Assembly (NCBI GenBank): GCA_937920245.1
Contig: CALGUV010000149.1
Location: 14,033-78,032, forward strand
Reading direction: 5' to 3'
Origin: an uncultured Microbacteriaceae bacterium
GTDB taxonomy: Bacteria > Actinomycetota > Actinomycetes > Actinomycetales > Microbacteriaceae
DNA: 64,000 bases
Below, in pieces: positions 1 through 10,606 of this stretch. The notes below the pieces were generated by a model, which was not told the origin of the DNA, made no database searches, and worked only from the letters and a program-made list of their open reading frames with translations. Numbering within the stretch: position 1 is the first letter of the stretch; every line of letters starts with the position of its first letter. The translations under genes and the position numbers were made by a program.

Positions 1-692
1 CGAGAAAATCTGAAAATCCGTCCATCACTCGAGATGTGTCGGGGGAGGGCGTTCAGCAGGCCTTGCTGAAAATCCTCGAGGGAACAGTCGCCTCCATACC
101 GCCGCAGGGAGGCAGGAAGCACCCGCAGCAGGAGTTCATCCAGCTGGATACCACCAACGTGCTTTTCATAGTTGCGGGAGCATTCTCGGGCCTCGAGACA
201 ATAGTTTCAGAGCGAACTGGCAAAAAGGGCATTGGCTTCGGTGCCGAGCTAAAACAGAAGAACGATGAAGTGGATATCTACAGGCAGGTTCAGCCAGAAG
301 ATCTGCGCAAATTTGGGCTAATCCCAGAATTCATTGGCAGACTTCCGGTAATTGCGACCGTGGAGGAGCTTGACAAGTCCGCGCTTATAAAAATCCTCAC
401 CGAACCGAAGAATGCGCTGATAAAGCAGTACCAGCGCATGTTCGAGATTGATGGGTTCGATCTCGAATTTGAGGCTGGCGCGATCGAGCATATTGCTGAG
501 TCTGCGCTTGAGCGCCAGACGGGTGCTCGCGGCCTTCGAGCAATCCTAGAAGAGCTGCTCGGTCCAATAATGTACGAGCTTCCTGGTAGCGACAGCACTG
601 GCATCGTCATGATTACTGAAGAGGTCGCCAAGACCGGTTCAATCCCTGAAATACAGCCACATCGCAAGCCACTTCAAGACAAATCCGCTTAG
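1..692 (+). CDS. clpX: ATP-dependent Clp protease ATP-binding subunit ClpX (5'-truncated by the window edge)
   Basis: Frame is open from the window start: [36 protein letters not shown] and TGARGLR are ClpX signatures. Confidence 0.97.
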   Translation, partial: RKSENPSITRDVSGEGVQQALLKILEGTVASIPPQGGRKHPQQEFIQLDTTNVLFIVAGAFSGLETIVSERTGKKGIGFGAELKQKNDEVDIYRQVQPEDLRKFGLIPEFIGRLPVIATVEELDKSALIKILTEPKNALIKQYQRMFEIDGFDLEFEAGAIEHIAESALERQTGARGLRAILEELLGPIMYELPGSDSTGIVMITEEVAKTGSIPEIQPHRKPLQDKSA

Positions 693-712
693 CGGAAAAC
701 GCACCAGTCCTA

Positions 713-1864
713 ATGAAAAACGCTGCCATCACGCCCTACCTTGCTGGCACAGTAGCTTCCACAACCGGATCAATCGCAACCTTTGGCATAGCAATTGCCG
801 GACTGAGCGCCATGGGCGCAAGTCAAAGCCAGACTGCAACCGCAATAGTTGTAATGCTTATCGGCTACGGAGTGTTGTCGATTGCACTCAGCATTTGGCT
901 CAAAATGCCAATTAGCATCGTCTGGTCCACACCTGGAGCGGCGTTTCTGGCAACCAGCTCAGGACTCGGGGTCGACTTCGAAACAGCTGTCGGGGCATTT
1001 ATAGTTAGCAGCCTGCTGGTGGTTCTCACCGGAGCATGGCCAACCCTTAGCAGGCTAGTCGCCAAAATACCGCCCCAGATATCCGCTGCCATGTTGGCGG
1101 GCGTTATCTTCCCTTTTGTGGCCGCGACAGTGCACTCGGGCGTTGATTTTCCGCTCTTGATAATGCCGGTAATTGTTATTTGGCTCTTACTGAACCGGCT
1201 ACTTCCACTGTGGGCTTCACCGATAGCAATAGTGATCGGATTTGCGCTCATTGCCATGAGTCAAGAGGCCAAGGACTTCGAGGTCTTGTCTTTCTGGCCA
1301 AATCTGGAATTGATTTCTCCGGTCTTTGACATAGGTGTAATCGTCGCAATCGGTATCCCGCTTTATTTGATTACAATGGCGTCCCAAAACCTTCCGGGCC
1401 TAGCCATCATGAACGGGTTGGGATATCCGCTGCCGACATCGAAAATCTTCGTTGCCACGGGTATTGGATCAGTGGTGACGTCTTTTTTTGGGGGCTTTGG
1501 GTTGAATCTAGCCGCCATCACCGCCGCCCTGAACGCCGACGATGGAGCCGGTAAGGATCCATCAAAGCGCTGGAAAGCAGCTGCCTGGGGCGGGGTTGTT
1601 TATCTAATTTTCGCGCTATTTGCTTCTGTTTTTGCGGCCTTCGTACTGGCAGTTCCTAGAGAGCTGCTGTTGGCGCTGGCTGGTCTTGCGCTCATAAAAA
1701 CCTTTGCATCGTCTCTTAGAACTGCAGTGAGCGATGAGTCGACGAGGCTTGCGGGTATTGTGACTTTTGTCATTGGCGCAGCAGGCATTTCGGTATTTGG
1801 TATCGGTGGAGCCTTCTGGGCACTTGTCGCTGGAATTATTGTCTGGTCTGTCAGAACGCGCTAG
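713..1864 (+). CDS. benE: BenE-family benzoate/H+ symporter-like membrane protein
   Basis: Polytopic hydrophobic protein with WSTPGAA, MASQNLPG and NLAAITAA motifs typical of BenE. Confidence 0.85.
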   Translation: MKNAAITPYLAGTVASTTGSIATFGIAIAGLSAMGASQSQTATAIVVMLIGYGVLSIALSIWLKMPISIVWSTPGAAFLATSSGLGVDFETAVGAFIVSSLLVVLTGAWPTLSRLVAKIPPQISAAMLAGVIFPFVAATVHSGVDFPLLIMPVIVIWLLLNRLLPLWASPIAIVIGFALIAMSQEAKDFEVLSFWPNLELISPVFDIGVIVAIGIPLYLITMASQNLPGLAIMNGLGYPLPTSKIFVATGIGSVVTSFFGGFGLNLAAITAALNADDGAGKDPSKRWKAAAWGGVVYLIFALFASVFAAFVLAVPRELLLALAGLALIKTFASSLRTAVSDESTRLAGIVTFVIGAAGISVFGIGGAFWALVAGIIVWSVRTR

Positions 1865-4440
1865 TCCTGATCGGGCTGAAACTTTAGATCTGTCACAGAT
1901 ACCTCTTTAGCCTCTTTGAAGTTCAGTTCGGCGATGTGACCAACAGCCGCTAGGTCCTTGGCCATACTTTGCATTGCAACTGGACCTGAAACAAGCGCAG
2001 TCGCGATCTCAGCCTTCATCGATAGCTTGTTATCCGACTTTGACTTTCTGATTTGAACTAGAGCGGCACTCGCCAAGATCATTAGCCCAGCATCCTCGCC
2101 TGATATCTCACCGGAAGTTGGCCAAGAGGACTTGTGCACTGTGCCGTCTTGCCACCAGCTCCAGACTTCTTCGGCTGCGAATGGAATGAATGGCGCAAAT
2201 AGTCGTACCAATACCCCAAGGGCCTGCCTCAGAGCAATAACTGCGCTTCCCTTTTCCTGTTCCGTGAAGTCGCCTTGGCCATAGGCCCGCTCTTTTACTA
2301 GCTCCAGGTAGTCGTCTGTGAATGTCCAGAAGAAGGACTCTGCTTTTTCCAGCGCTTTGGTGTGATCGTAACCCTCGAAGGCTTCTGTTGATCCGGCAAT
2401 TACTTCCTGGAGGCTAGCGAGCATAGATTTATCAATCGGCTCCGTAACCGCCGTGACGCCGGCTGGAAGCTCAAAGCTGAGGGCAAAGCGGGCTGCGTTT
2501 AGAAGTTTTATTGCAAGCCTTCTGCCGATTTTCATCTGGCCTTCGTCGAACGCGGCATCGGTTCCTAGGCGCGCACTGGCAGCCCAGTATCGAACCGCAT
2601 CTGAACCGTGTGTTTCGAGGATTTCGTTCGGAACAACTACGTTGCCCTTGGACTTTGACATCTTCTTGCGATCTGGATCCAGAATCCACCCGGAAATGGC
2701 TGCGTGCTTCCAAGGAGCCTGGCCGTGTTCGAGTTCAGAGCGAACCAAGGTTGAAAACAGCCATGTCCTAATAATGTCCTGACCCTGAGGTCTTAGGTCG
2801 TAGGGAAAGACCTTCTCGAACTTTTCCGGATTCGATAGCCATCCGCCCGCTAACTGGGGGGTCAGGGAGCTGGTTGCCCAGGTGTCCATGATGTCTAGTT
2901 CGCCAATAAAGCCATTTGCTTGCCCCCGCATTGTTTCTTCATAGCCGTCTGGGGTGTCGCTAGATGGGTCGACTGGGAGCTGGGCGTCGCTCGGAACAAT
3001 CGGGTTTTCATAGTCCGGATTGCCCTCGGCATCCAACGGATACCAAAGCGGTAACGGGACGCCGAAGAAGCGTTGACGAGAAATTAGCCAGTCACCGTTT
3101 AGTCCGTTGATCCAGTCCTCAAGCCGAACTCTCATGAAATCCGGGTGGAAGGCAACTTCCTTGCCAAGGCTTACTAGTCTTTCTCCAAGTTTTTTGTCGT
3201 TGCCACCGTTTTTTATGTACCACTGTCTGGTGGAAACTATTTCAAGAGGCTTTTCGCCCTTCTCGAAGAACTTCACAGGGTGGGTAATCGGCTTGGCGTC
3301 TCCGACCATGTCGCCGGAAGCCTGCAGGGACTTGACCAAAATTTCCTTGGCGCTAAAGACGGTTTTTCCAGCGAGCTCCGCGTATAGATCAGCACCCTTG
3401 CTGGCCGCTATCGCCTCGGGCGCATCTTGGAGTATTCGTCCATCAAAACCAATAATGGGTCGGGTCGGCAGCTTTAGCTCGCGCCACCAGATGACGTCAG
3501 TGACATCTCCGAAGGTGCAAATCATTGCAATGCCAGAGCCCTTGTCAATTTGTGCCAATCGATGGGCCAAAATCGGAACTTCTACTCCAAATAGCGGAGT
3601 TTTGGCGCTCTTGCCAAACAGGTGCGCGTATCTTTCGTCATCGGGGTGAGCAACCAGTGCAACACAGGCCGGAATTAGCTCTGGTCTAGTGGTTTCGATA
3701 AATATCTTGCCATCGGGACCGTCGAACCCGATGCGGTGATATGCCCCCGGCATCTCGCGGTCTTCGAGCTCGGCCTGAGCCACCGCGGTCCTAAAGCTTA
3801 CGTCCCAGAGTGTTGGTGCCATCTGCGAATACGCTTCGTTGCGAGCTAGGTTGTTAAGAAATGCACGCTGGGACACAAGTTGTGACTCTTTGGAGATAGT
3901 TCTGTAACTTTGTGCCCAGTCGACCGAGAGGCCTAGGTTTCTCCATAGGTTTTCAAAGGTCTTCTCATCTTCTTCGGTTAGCTGCTCACAAAGCGCGATG
4001 AAGTTTTGCCTTGAGATGGGAAGCTGGTCCTGCACTCTTGAGGATTTGTTATCTCCGCCTGTCTGGGGCGGTTGGAAATCTTTATCAAATGGCAGCGTTG
4101 GGTCGCATCTGACGCCGTAATAATTTTGAACTCTTCTTTCAGTTGGAAGACCATTGTCGTCCCAACCCATGGGGTAATAGACGGCCTTGCCGTTCATTCG
4201 CTTATAGCGAGCTACCACGTCGGTGTGGGTATAGCTGAAAACATGGCCAACGTGCAGAGATCCGGACGCTGTTGGCGGTGGGGTGTCGATCGAGTAGATG
4301 TCGCCCTTTGGAGCTCGAGAATCAAACTCATAAACTTTATTTGCCTCCCAGACAGGGGCCCATTTGGCCTCTAAGCCCTCTACGGAGGCTTTTTCTGGAA
4401 CGCTGGCGGGCCTTAGTGGCTCGGGAATGTAGTTATTCAA
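1861..4440 (-). CDS. valS: Valine--tRNA ligase
   Basis: [15 protein letters not shown] (HIGH-like), [18 protein letters not shown] and KMSKS. Start placed at TTG 4440, behind an AGAGG SD, rather than at 4533 (inference). Confidence 0.95.
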   Translation of the reverse strand: MNNYIPEPLRPASVPEKASVEGLEAKWAPVWEANKVYEFDSRAPKGDIYSIDTPPPTASGSLHVGHVFSYTHTDVVARYKRMNGKAVYYPMGWDDNGLPTERRVQNYYGVRCDPTLPFDKDFQPPQTGGDNKSSRVQDQLPISRQNFIALCEQLTEEDEKTFENLWRNLGLSVDWAQSYRTISKESQLVSQRAFLNNLARNEAYSQMAPTLWDVSFRTAVAQAELEDREMPGAYHRIGFDGPDGKIFIETTRPELIPACVALVAHPDDERYAHLFGKSAKTPLFGVEVPILAHRLAQIDKGSGIAMICTFGDVTDVIWWRELKLPTRPIIGFDGRILQDAPEAIAASKGADLYAELAGKTVFSAKEILVKSLQASGDMVGDAKPITHPVKFFEKGEKPLEIVSTRQWYIKNGGNDKKLGERLVSLGKEVAFHPDFMRVRLEDWINGLNGDWLISRQRFFGVPLPLWYPLDAEGNPDYENPIVPSDAQLPVDPSSDTPDGYEETMRGQANGFIGELDIMDTWATSSLTPQLAGGWLSNPEKFEKVFPYDLRPQGQDIIRTWLFSTLVRSELEHGQAPWKHAAISGWILDPDRKKMSKSKGNVVVPNEILETHGSDAVRYWAASARLGTDAAFDEGQMKIGRRLAIKLLNAARFALSFELPAGVTAVTEPIDKSMLASLQEVIAGSTEAFEGYDHTKALEKAESFFWTFTDDYLELVKERAYGQGDFTEQEKGSAVIALRQALGVLVRLFAPFIPFAAEEVWSWWQDGTVHKSSWPTSGEISGEDAGLMILASAALVQIRKSKSDNKLSMKAEIATALVSGPVAMQSMAKDLAAVGHIAELNFKEAKEVSVTDLKFQPDQD

Positions 4441-4513
4441 TAGGTATGACCTCTGTATATTCGTAGTCTCTAGATTAACATTGTTCTTGACCGTAACTTC
4501 TCCGAAAGCCGTG

Positions 4514-7500
4514 ATGTATCCAAAGCACCGCAATTCCTCTCAAGGGCCAATCGCCTCGCCTTCCTTTCCTGAACTTGAAAAGGAGGTGCTGGCCTACTGG
4601 GATAAAGACGGAACTTTTCAAGAATCAATTGACCAGCGAGCCGCAGCTGACGCCCCGGAGTTCGTCTTCTATGACGGACCTCCCTTTGCCAACGGACTTC
4701 CACACTACGGTCACCTTCTAACTGGCTATGCCAAGGACTTAGTGCCTCGCTACCAAACCATGAGGGGCAAGCGGGTTGAGCGCAGGTTCGGCTGGGACAC
4801 CCACGGGTTGCCCGCAGAAGTTGAGGCGGAGAGACTCTTAGGCATATCCGGCCGACCAGAGATCGAAAAATTTGGAGTAGCTAAGTTCAATGAATTTTGC
4901 AAGACCTCCGTACTGAAATACACCGAGGATTGGCGCAGCTACATCACTCGACAGGCCCGTTGGGTCGACTTTGATAATGACTACAAGACTCTGGACCAGA
5001 ACTACACCGAGAGCGTTATCTGGGCCTTCCAGCAGCTCCACAACAAAGGTTTGATCTACGAAGGCTTCAAGGTCCTGGCTTACTGCTGGCGATGCGAGAC
5101 TCCTCTTTCAAATCACGAACTGAAGATGGACGATGAGGTATACCGAGATAGACAGGATCAGTCTGTAACAGTTACTTTTCCGGTAACGAGCCAGGGTGAA
5201 CTTGCAGGCGTAAAAATACTTGCATGGACGACAACGCCGTGGACACTGCCGACAAACTTCGCACTCGCGGTTGGGCCGAATATCGAATATTCCTTGGTGC
5301 ATGCTAAAAATAGTGACTTGGGTGATGAAAAATTCTTGATCGCTTCGGCGCTTTTGCCTAACTATCTAAAAGAACTCGGCTTCGAAGACGTTGAGAGCGC
5401 TCAGGCCGCGGTGTCTAAGACCTACCTTGGTTCTGATCTAGGTGGCATTAAGTACGAGCCAATCTTTGACTTCTACAACGATCCCAGTAAGTTCAGCATC
5501 GAAAATGCGTGGCAAGTTCTAGTCGGCGACTACGTAACTGCCGAGGATGGCACCGGAATTGTCCACCAGGCCCCGGCTTACGGTGAAGATGACCAGATGC
5601 TCTGCAATGCTGCCGGCATTCCGACTTATGTGTCAGTCAATGAAAGAGGCGAATTCACCTCTCTGATAGGCACTTACGAGGGGCAGCATGTTTTTGAGGC
5701 TAATAAGCCGATTACTCAAGACTTGAAAGCGAATGGCAGGCTTATCAGGCAAGCGTCTTATGACCACAGCTACCCGCACTGCTACCGATGCAAAAATCCT
5801 CTGATTTACAAAGCGGTTTCATCGTGGTTTGTTGAGACCACAAAGGTCAAAGACCGAATGCTTGAACTAAACCAGGAGATCAACTGGGTTCCTGATCACA
5901 CCAAAAACGGTGGCTTCGGAAAATGGCTTGAGAACGTTCGAGATTGGGCAATTTCGAGAAATAGGTTCTGGGGAGCACCGATACCAGTTTGGAAATCAGA
6001 CGATCCCAATTACCCAAGAATCGATGTTTACGGCTCGCTTGACGAAATGGAGCGCGACTTTGGTGTTCGCCCCACCGATTTTCACAGGCCCGTTATCGAC
6101 GAGCTAACTAGACCAAACCCTGATGACCCATCTGGTAAGTCGACGATGAGAAGAGTGCCGGAAGTTTTGGATTGCTGGTTTGAATCTGGATCGATGCCAT
6201 TCGCTCAGGTTCACTATCCGTTTGAAAACCAGGATTGGTTTGACTCCCATTTTCCCGGCGACTACATAGTCGAGTACGTTGGACAAACCAAGGGCTGGTT
6301 TTACACACTTCACGTTTTGTCGACGGCGCTGTTTGATCGGCCAGCGTTTAAAAACGCGGTGAGCCACGGGATTGTCTTGGGCAATGACGGGCAGAAGATG
6401 TCCAAGTCGCTTCGAAACTATCCGGACGTCAACGAGGTATTTGATCGTGACGGCTCCGATGCAATGAGATGGTTTTTGATGTCAAGCCCGATTCTTCGTG
6501 GCGGAAACATTTCGGTGACCGAGCAGGGCATTCGAGAAGGTGTTCGTCAAGCGCTTTTGCCGCTGTGGAATAGCTATTACTTCTTCGCTCTCTACGCCAA
6601 CGCCTCCGGCTACACCGCGAGCCCGTCGATGGCATCAACTCAATTATTGGACAGATATATTCTGGCCAAAACCCGCGAGCTAATTGATTCGGTGACTCTC
6701 GACCTTGACACTTTTGACAGCTTCGCGGCGTCTGCCAAAGTTAGGGATTTCGCTGAAGTGCTTACCAATTGGTACATCCGGCGCTCTAGGGATCGATTCT
6801 GGGAAGGTGACAAGGACGCCTTCGACACTCTCTACACGGTTCTAGAAGCTGCTTTCAGAGTTATCGCTCCAATGCTGCCGCTGGTCGCCGAGGAGATGTG
6901 GCGTGGTTTGACCGACGGTCGCTCGGTTCATCTCGAGAGCTGGCCGGAGGCAGAGGAGTTCTTGCAGGATGCTCATCTAGTTCGGGATATGGATGCGATC
7001 CGCGAGGCGGCATCTTCTGGGCTTTCCTTGAGAAAGTCCTCTGGAATTCGTGTAAGGCAGCCACTTGCAAAAATTACGGTCGCTGTAGTTGGTTCTGATT
7101 CTCTTCGAGATTATGCCGAATTGTTGGCTGATGAGCTCAACGTGAAGGCCGTGGACATCGTGGAGGCCAACGCCGAAACCTCCTCAAGCTTTGGCCTAAA
7201 GCAATCGCTGGCCGTTAATGCCAGAGCCCTAGGACCTAGGGTTGGCAAGGATGTTCAGCGAATAATTGGACAAGCCAAGGCAGGTAACTGGGAAAAGTTG
7301 GCGGAGGGAATATTCGTTGATGGCACGTTGCTGATGGAGCCCGAGTACGAATTGACTCTTGTTGCGGACAATGAGTCCAGCGATTTTGCAGTTGGGGTGA
7401 CCAGTTCCGGATTCATTCTGCTTGATACTCGACTCACGCCGGAGCTTCAGTCAGAGGGTCTTGCCAGAGACACGATTCGACACATTCAGCAGGCCAGGAA

Positions 7501-7702
7501 AGATTTCGGACTTGATGTTTCGGACCGTATTTCACTGCAGCTTGTTTGTGATGAGGAATCGGTAACCGCTTTGGAAACCCATTCCGATTTGATCTCAAGG
7601 GAAACTTTGGCAAGCGACATAGAAATTGCTGCCGGTCAGATATCAGCGCCACTTTCAGTAGGCGAAACCGGGGGCATCGCGATCACCTTGGCCAAAAAGT
7701 GA
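4514..7702 (+). CDS. ileS: Isoleucine--tRNA ligase (type 2, HYGH)
   Basis: [35 protein letters not shown] and KMSKS. Start ATG 4514 or GTG 4511. Confidence 0.96.
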   Translation: MYPKHRNSSQGPIASPSFPELEKEVLAYWDKDGTFQESIDQRAAADAPEFVFYDGPPFANGLPHYGHLLTGYAKDLVPRYQTMRGKRVERRFGWDTHGLPAEVEAERLLGISGRPEIEKFGVAKFNEFCKTSVLKYTEDWRSYITRQARWVDFDNDYKTLDQNYTESVIWAFQQLHNKGLIYEGFKVLAYCWRCETPLSNHELKMDDEVYRDRQDQSVTVTFPVTSQGELAGVKILAWTTTPWTLPTNFALAVGPNIEYSLVHAKNSDLGDEKFLIASALLPNYLKELGFEDVESAQAAVSKTYLGSDLGGIKYEPIFDFYNDPSKFSIENAWQVLVGDYVTAEDGTGIVHQAPAYGEDDQMLCNAAGIPTYVSVNERGEFTSLIGTYEGQHVFEANKPITQDLKANGRLIRQASYDHSYPHCYRCKNPLIYKAVSSWFVETTKVKDRMLELNQEINWVPDHTKNGGFGKWLENVRDWAISRNRFWGAPIPVWKSDDPNYPRIDVYGSLDEMERDFGVRPTDFHRPVIDELTRPNPDDPSGKSTMRRVPEVLDCWFESGSMPFAQVHYPFENQDWFDSHFPGDYIVEYVGQTKGWFYTLHVLSTALFDRPAFKNAVSHGIVLGNDGQKMSKSLRNYPDVNEVFDRDGSDAMRWFLMSSPILRGGNISVTEQGIREGVRQALLPLWNSYYFFALYANASGYTASPSMASTQLLDRYILAKTRELIDSVTLDLDTFDSFAASAKVRDFAEVLTNWYIRRSRDRFWEGDKDAFDTLYTVLEAAFRVIAPMLPLVAEEMWRGLTDGRSVHLESWPEAEEFLQDAHLVRDMDAIREAASSGLSLRKSSGIRVRQPLAKITVAVVGSDSLRDYAELLADELNVKAVDIVEANAETSSSFGLKQSLAVNARALGPRVGKDVQRIIGQAKAGNWEKLAEGIFVDGTLLMEPEYELTLVADNESSDFAVGVTSSGFILLDTRLTPELQSEGLARDTIRHIQQARKDFGLDVSDRISLQLVCDEESVTALETHSDLISRETLASDIEIAAGQISAPLSVGETGGIAITLAKK

Positions 7703-9057
7703 CTTTGGACAGCCAACCTCAATCTATCGATGAGGTTCTTGCTGCCCTTTACGCAAGGAGGCCTGAAAACCAAATTAGGCCTCGCTTGGAGCCCACGAGA
7801 CGACTAGTCGAAATGATGGGTAACCCCCAAAACAATTACAAAGTAATTCACATCACTGGCACCAACGGTAAGAGTTCAACAGCAAGAATCATTGAGCGGC
7901 TACTCAGGGAGCACGGTTTGAGAACCGGAAGGTTGACCAGTCCCCATTTAGTTTCTTTCAACGAGCGCATTGCGCTTGACGGTGAGCCGGTTGATGATCA
8001 GTTGATCATCGAGGCCTACCAGGAAAACCTGGTGCTACTAGAGCTTGTGGACCAGGAGCTCACCGACAAGGGGGAGGGTCCGCTTACTTTCTTCGAAGCT
8101 TTCACCGCTCTTGCTTTTCACGTATTTTCGGATGCTCCGATCGATGTTTTGGTTCTTGAAGTTGGAATCGGTGGAGAGTGGGACGCCACCAACGTTGCCG
8201 ATGCAGATGTTGCAGTATTCACGGCGATAGACCTTGATCATCAGGAAACCCTCGGTGGCACCGTGGAGGAGATTGCCCAAACCAAGGCCGGCATCACAAA
8301 GCCGAATTCGATTGTGGTGTCAAGCTTTCAGCAGCCAGGCGTGGCATCGATTCTGCGCACAAGGGCTTCTCAGGAAGTTTTTATGGCCGGCGATGAATTT
8401 GGATACTCGGAGATTAGCCCAGATGGCTTCGGAACCAGGTTTAGTGTGCAAGGAATTTGGGCTGAGTACCCAGAGCTCTGGATGCCAATCATTGGCCAAC
8501 ACCAGGCAGAAAACGCGGCGACCGCAATCGTCGCCACCGAAGCATTCTTGGGAAGAGCAATTGCCGACGAGGTGCTCCGGAGCGCACTTGCAGATGCGGT
8601 CAGTCCTGGGAGACTTCAAGTCATTAGTAAACAACCGCTGGTTGTGATCGATGGGGCCCACAACCCAGCAGGGTTGGTAAGCCTTAGAAACACTATTCAG
8701 TGGCACTTCGGAGCGCCAAAAGCGATAGGTGTCGTTGGAATGCTCCGAGAAAAAGATATTCAGTCTTCGGCCCAGGAGTTAATTGGAGTATTCGACCACC
8801 TCATAATTACCTCGGCCCCTGGTGAACGAGGTCTTCCCGCCTTTGAGCTTACAAATAGTTTCTCCGATGAGGGGCTAATCGTCGATGAAATAGTCCCGGA
8901 TTTCTGGTTGGCCTACGAGCAGGCAATTAGGCTTGGAGTGAGCACGGATAGGCCAGTATTTATTACCGGGTCGCTGTACCTTGTGGGGGCAGTGCTTGAA
9001 AGGCTTCAGCTGGAAAATTCGAACATAAGCGATCAGGACGGGCAAGAAGTTGAGTAA
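7699..9057 (+). CDS. folC: Folylpolyglutamate synthase / dihydrofolate synthase
   Basis: [18 protein letters not shown] and DGAHNP motifs; GTGA overlap with the ileS stop. Confidence 0.95.
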   Translation: MTLDSQPQSIDEVLAALYARRPENQIRPRLEPTRRLVEMMGNPQNNYKVIHITGTNGKSSTARIIERLLREHGLRTGRLTSPHLVSFNERIALDGEPVDDQLIIEAYQENLVLLELVDQELTDKGEGPLTFFEAFTALAFHVFSDAPIDVLVLEVGIGGEWDATNVADADVAVFTAIDLDHQETLGGTVEEIAQTKAGITKPNSIVVSSFQQPGVASILRTRASQEVFMAGDEFGYSEISPDGFGTRFSVQGIWAEYPELWMPIIGQHQAENAATAIVATEAFLGRAIADEVLRSALADAVSPGRLQVISKQPLVVIDGAHNPAGLVSLRNTIQWHFGAPKAIGVVGMLREKDIQSSAQELIGVFDHLIITSAPGERGLPAFELTNSFSDEGLIVDEIVPDFWLAYEQAIRLGVSTDRPVFITGSLYLVGAVLERLQLENSNISDQDGQEVE

Positions 9058-9454
9058 AAGGTCTTCAAAACGAGCTCTCGGATCAATCGCACTTAGTTTC
9101 GAGGCCTTTGTGGTGTTTTTCGCGACCCTCACCGCTTTTGGGTTAAAGGCATCGGACGTAAGCCCGAACTTGCCGCGCGTTGAGGTAATTTGGGCAATTG
9201 GACTGGGCGTCGCTCTTCTTTGTATTCTGACGCCTGCTCTGTTATCCAAGCCATGGGGTTACTTCATTGGCTGGGGGATTCAGGTGGCGGTTTTGGCCTC
9301 TGGTTTCTGGCTCTGGGGCATGTTTGTTATCGGTGCAATGGTCGCTGGAATGTGGATTTGGGCGATGGTGGCTGGTGGCACAATAGACAAAGCAAGAGCA
9401 AATTATGAAAAGCTGAACGAAAAGGATCCAAATGCAGACTCTAGTTCTATGTAA
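9050..9454 (+). CDS. DUF4233-like membrane protein
   Basis: Small multi-TM protein in the conserved actinobacterial position between folC and ndk. Confidence 0.75.
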   Translation: MSKRSSKRALGSIALSFEAFVVFFATLTAFGLKASDVSPNLPRVEVIWAIGLGVALLCILTPALLSKPWGYFIGWGIQVAVLASGFWLWGMFVIGAMVAGMWIWAMVAGGTIDKARANYEKLNEKDPNADSSSM

Positions 9455-9839
9455 GCCGGACGCGGTTCGTCGCAATCTAATCGGCGAAATTATTCGACGC
9501 TGCGAGCAAAAGGGTTACGTAGTTGCGAAGTTGGTCAAATTAGAGCCATCAAGACAGCTGCTTGCTCAGCACTACCTCGAGCACGAGGGAAAGCCGTTTT
9601 ATGAACCACTGATGGAGTTCATGCTTTCTGGCGAGGTAGTGGCCATTGCTCTTGAGGGCGAAAGAGTCATCGAAGGATTCCGGTCTCTTGCCGGGTCTAC
9701 TGAGCCAACACTTGCGGCTCCGGGCACGATACGGGGCGATCTTGGGCGCGATTGGGGAACGAAGGTTGTTCAGAACCTGGTTCATGGCTCAGATTCGGAA
9801 GAGAGCGCAGCACGAGAGCTAGCGCTCTGGTTTAGCTAG
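9432..9839 (+). CDS. ndk: Nucleoside diphosphate kinase
   Basis: KPDAV, PGTIRGD and NLVHGSDS (catalytic His). Confidence 0.97.
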   Translation: MQTLVLCKPDAVRRNLIGEIIRRCEQKGYVVAKLVKLEPSRQLLAQHYLEHEGKPFYEPLMEFMLSGEVVAIALEGERVIEGFRSLAGSTEPTLAAPGTIRGDLGRDWGTKVVQNLVHGSDSEESAARELALWFS

Positions 9840-9857
9840 CACCCGCTCTGGCAGGAA

Positions 9858-10424
9858 CTAGATGAGAGTTATCCAGTAGTCCCAGAACTGGATCAAGATC
9901 AATACGATCAGCACTAAATAGGTCATGAGCGTAAAAACCCAGCTCCACGAGTAGACAAAATCCCCGAGCTTTTCGTTATTACCCAAGTGCCCATCCCTCA
10001 TGGTTCTGCCTAAAATCATCCAGAACAATGGGATTGTTGCTGCCCATGCCACCATGCAATAGATGCAAAGCGATCCGATTACGTAAGCGGACTGGGTAAA
10101 GAGCCAAATGGCAAAACCGAGACCAAACAAGTGTCCCAGCAGAAATAGTCGCCAAAACCACGGTGCAAACTTTGCCCCCGCGAGAATTGCCATTCCCACC
10201 AACACCGGCGCAAAGAAGGCGGCTAGACCAATTAGTGGATTCGGAAACCCTAGGAGAGCCGCTTGTTCGCTGAGCATTACGGACTTGCAACTAAGGATAG
10301 GAGAGATGTCGCACGAGGTGCTGGCGTCCGGATTTTCTGCGACATGGAGACGTTCGAGCGTCAGGCCAAAGCTAGCGATCCAGCCCATGACACCCATTGA
10401 GATCAGGGCGATCGGAAATAGCAT
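9858..10424 (-). CDS. Vitamin K epoxide reductase (VKOR) family disulfide-bond protein
   Basis: SCDISPILSC loop cysteines, GFPNPLIG and a CIYC redox motif in a multi-TM protein. Confidence 0.9.
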   Translation of the reverse strand: MLFPIALISMGVMGWIASFGLTLERLHVAENPDASTSCDISPILSCKSVMLSEQAALLGFPNPLIGLAAFFAPVLVGMAILAGAKFAPWFWRLFLLGHLFGLGFAIWLFTQSAYVIGSLCIYCMVAWAATIPLFWMILGRTMRDGHLGNNEKLGDFVYSWSWVFTLMTYLVLIVLILIQFWDYWITLI

Positions 10425-10606
10425 GATTCAATTATCGCATTTTGGTAACAAGTCGTGACATACTTACAAAAGATGTATTCACACTTACATCAAAGATTTT
10501 TTTCGGAGAGCGATATGCCCCGAAGAATAAGAATTAGATTCCGGCTGAGGCTTGAATCACTAGAACAGGCTCGGCGGGTGTGGACCTAAGGGCTACAAAG
10601 GCATAA

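Noticed and set aside
4441-4533. Longer N-terminal extensions of valS (4533) and ileS (4481) from the ORF track
   Set aside because: They would overlap each other head-to-head; downstream starts fit SD position (valS) and family N-termini better. The same reasoning applies to pabC, hrcA, leuA, dgt, the FAD enzyme, UbiA and the SBP.
4514-7702. Eukaryote-like IleRS2, ValRS type and homodimeric GlyRS as signs of unusual transfer
   Set aside because: These forms are normal in Actinobacteria.
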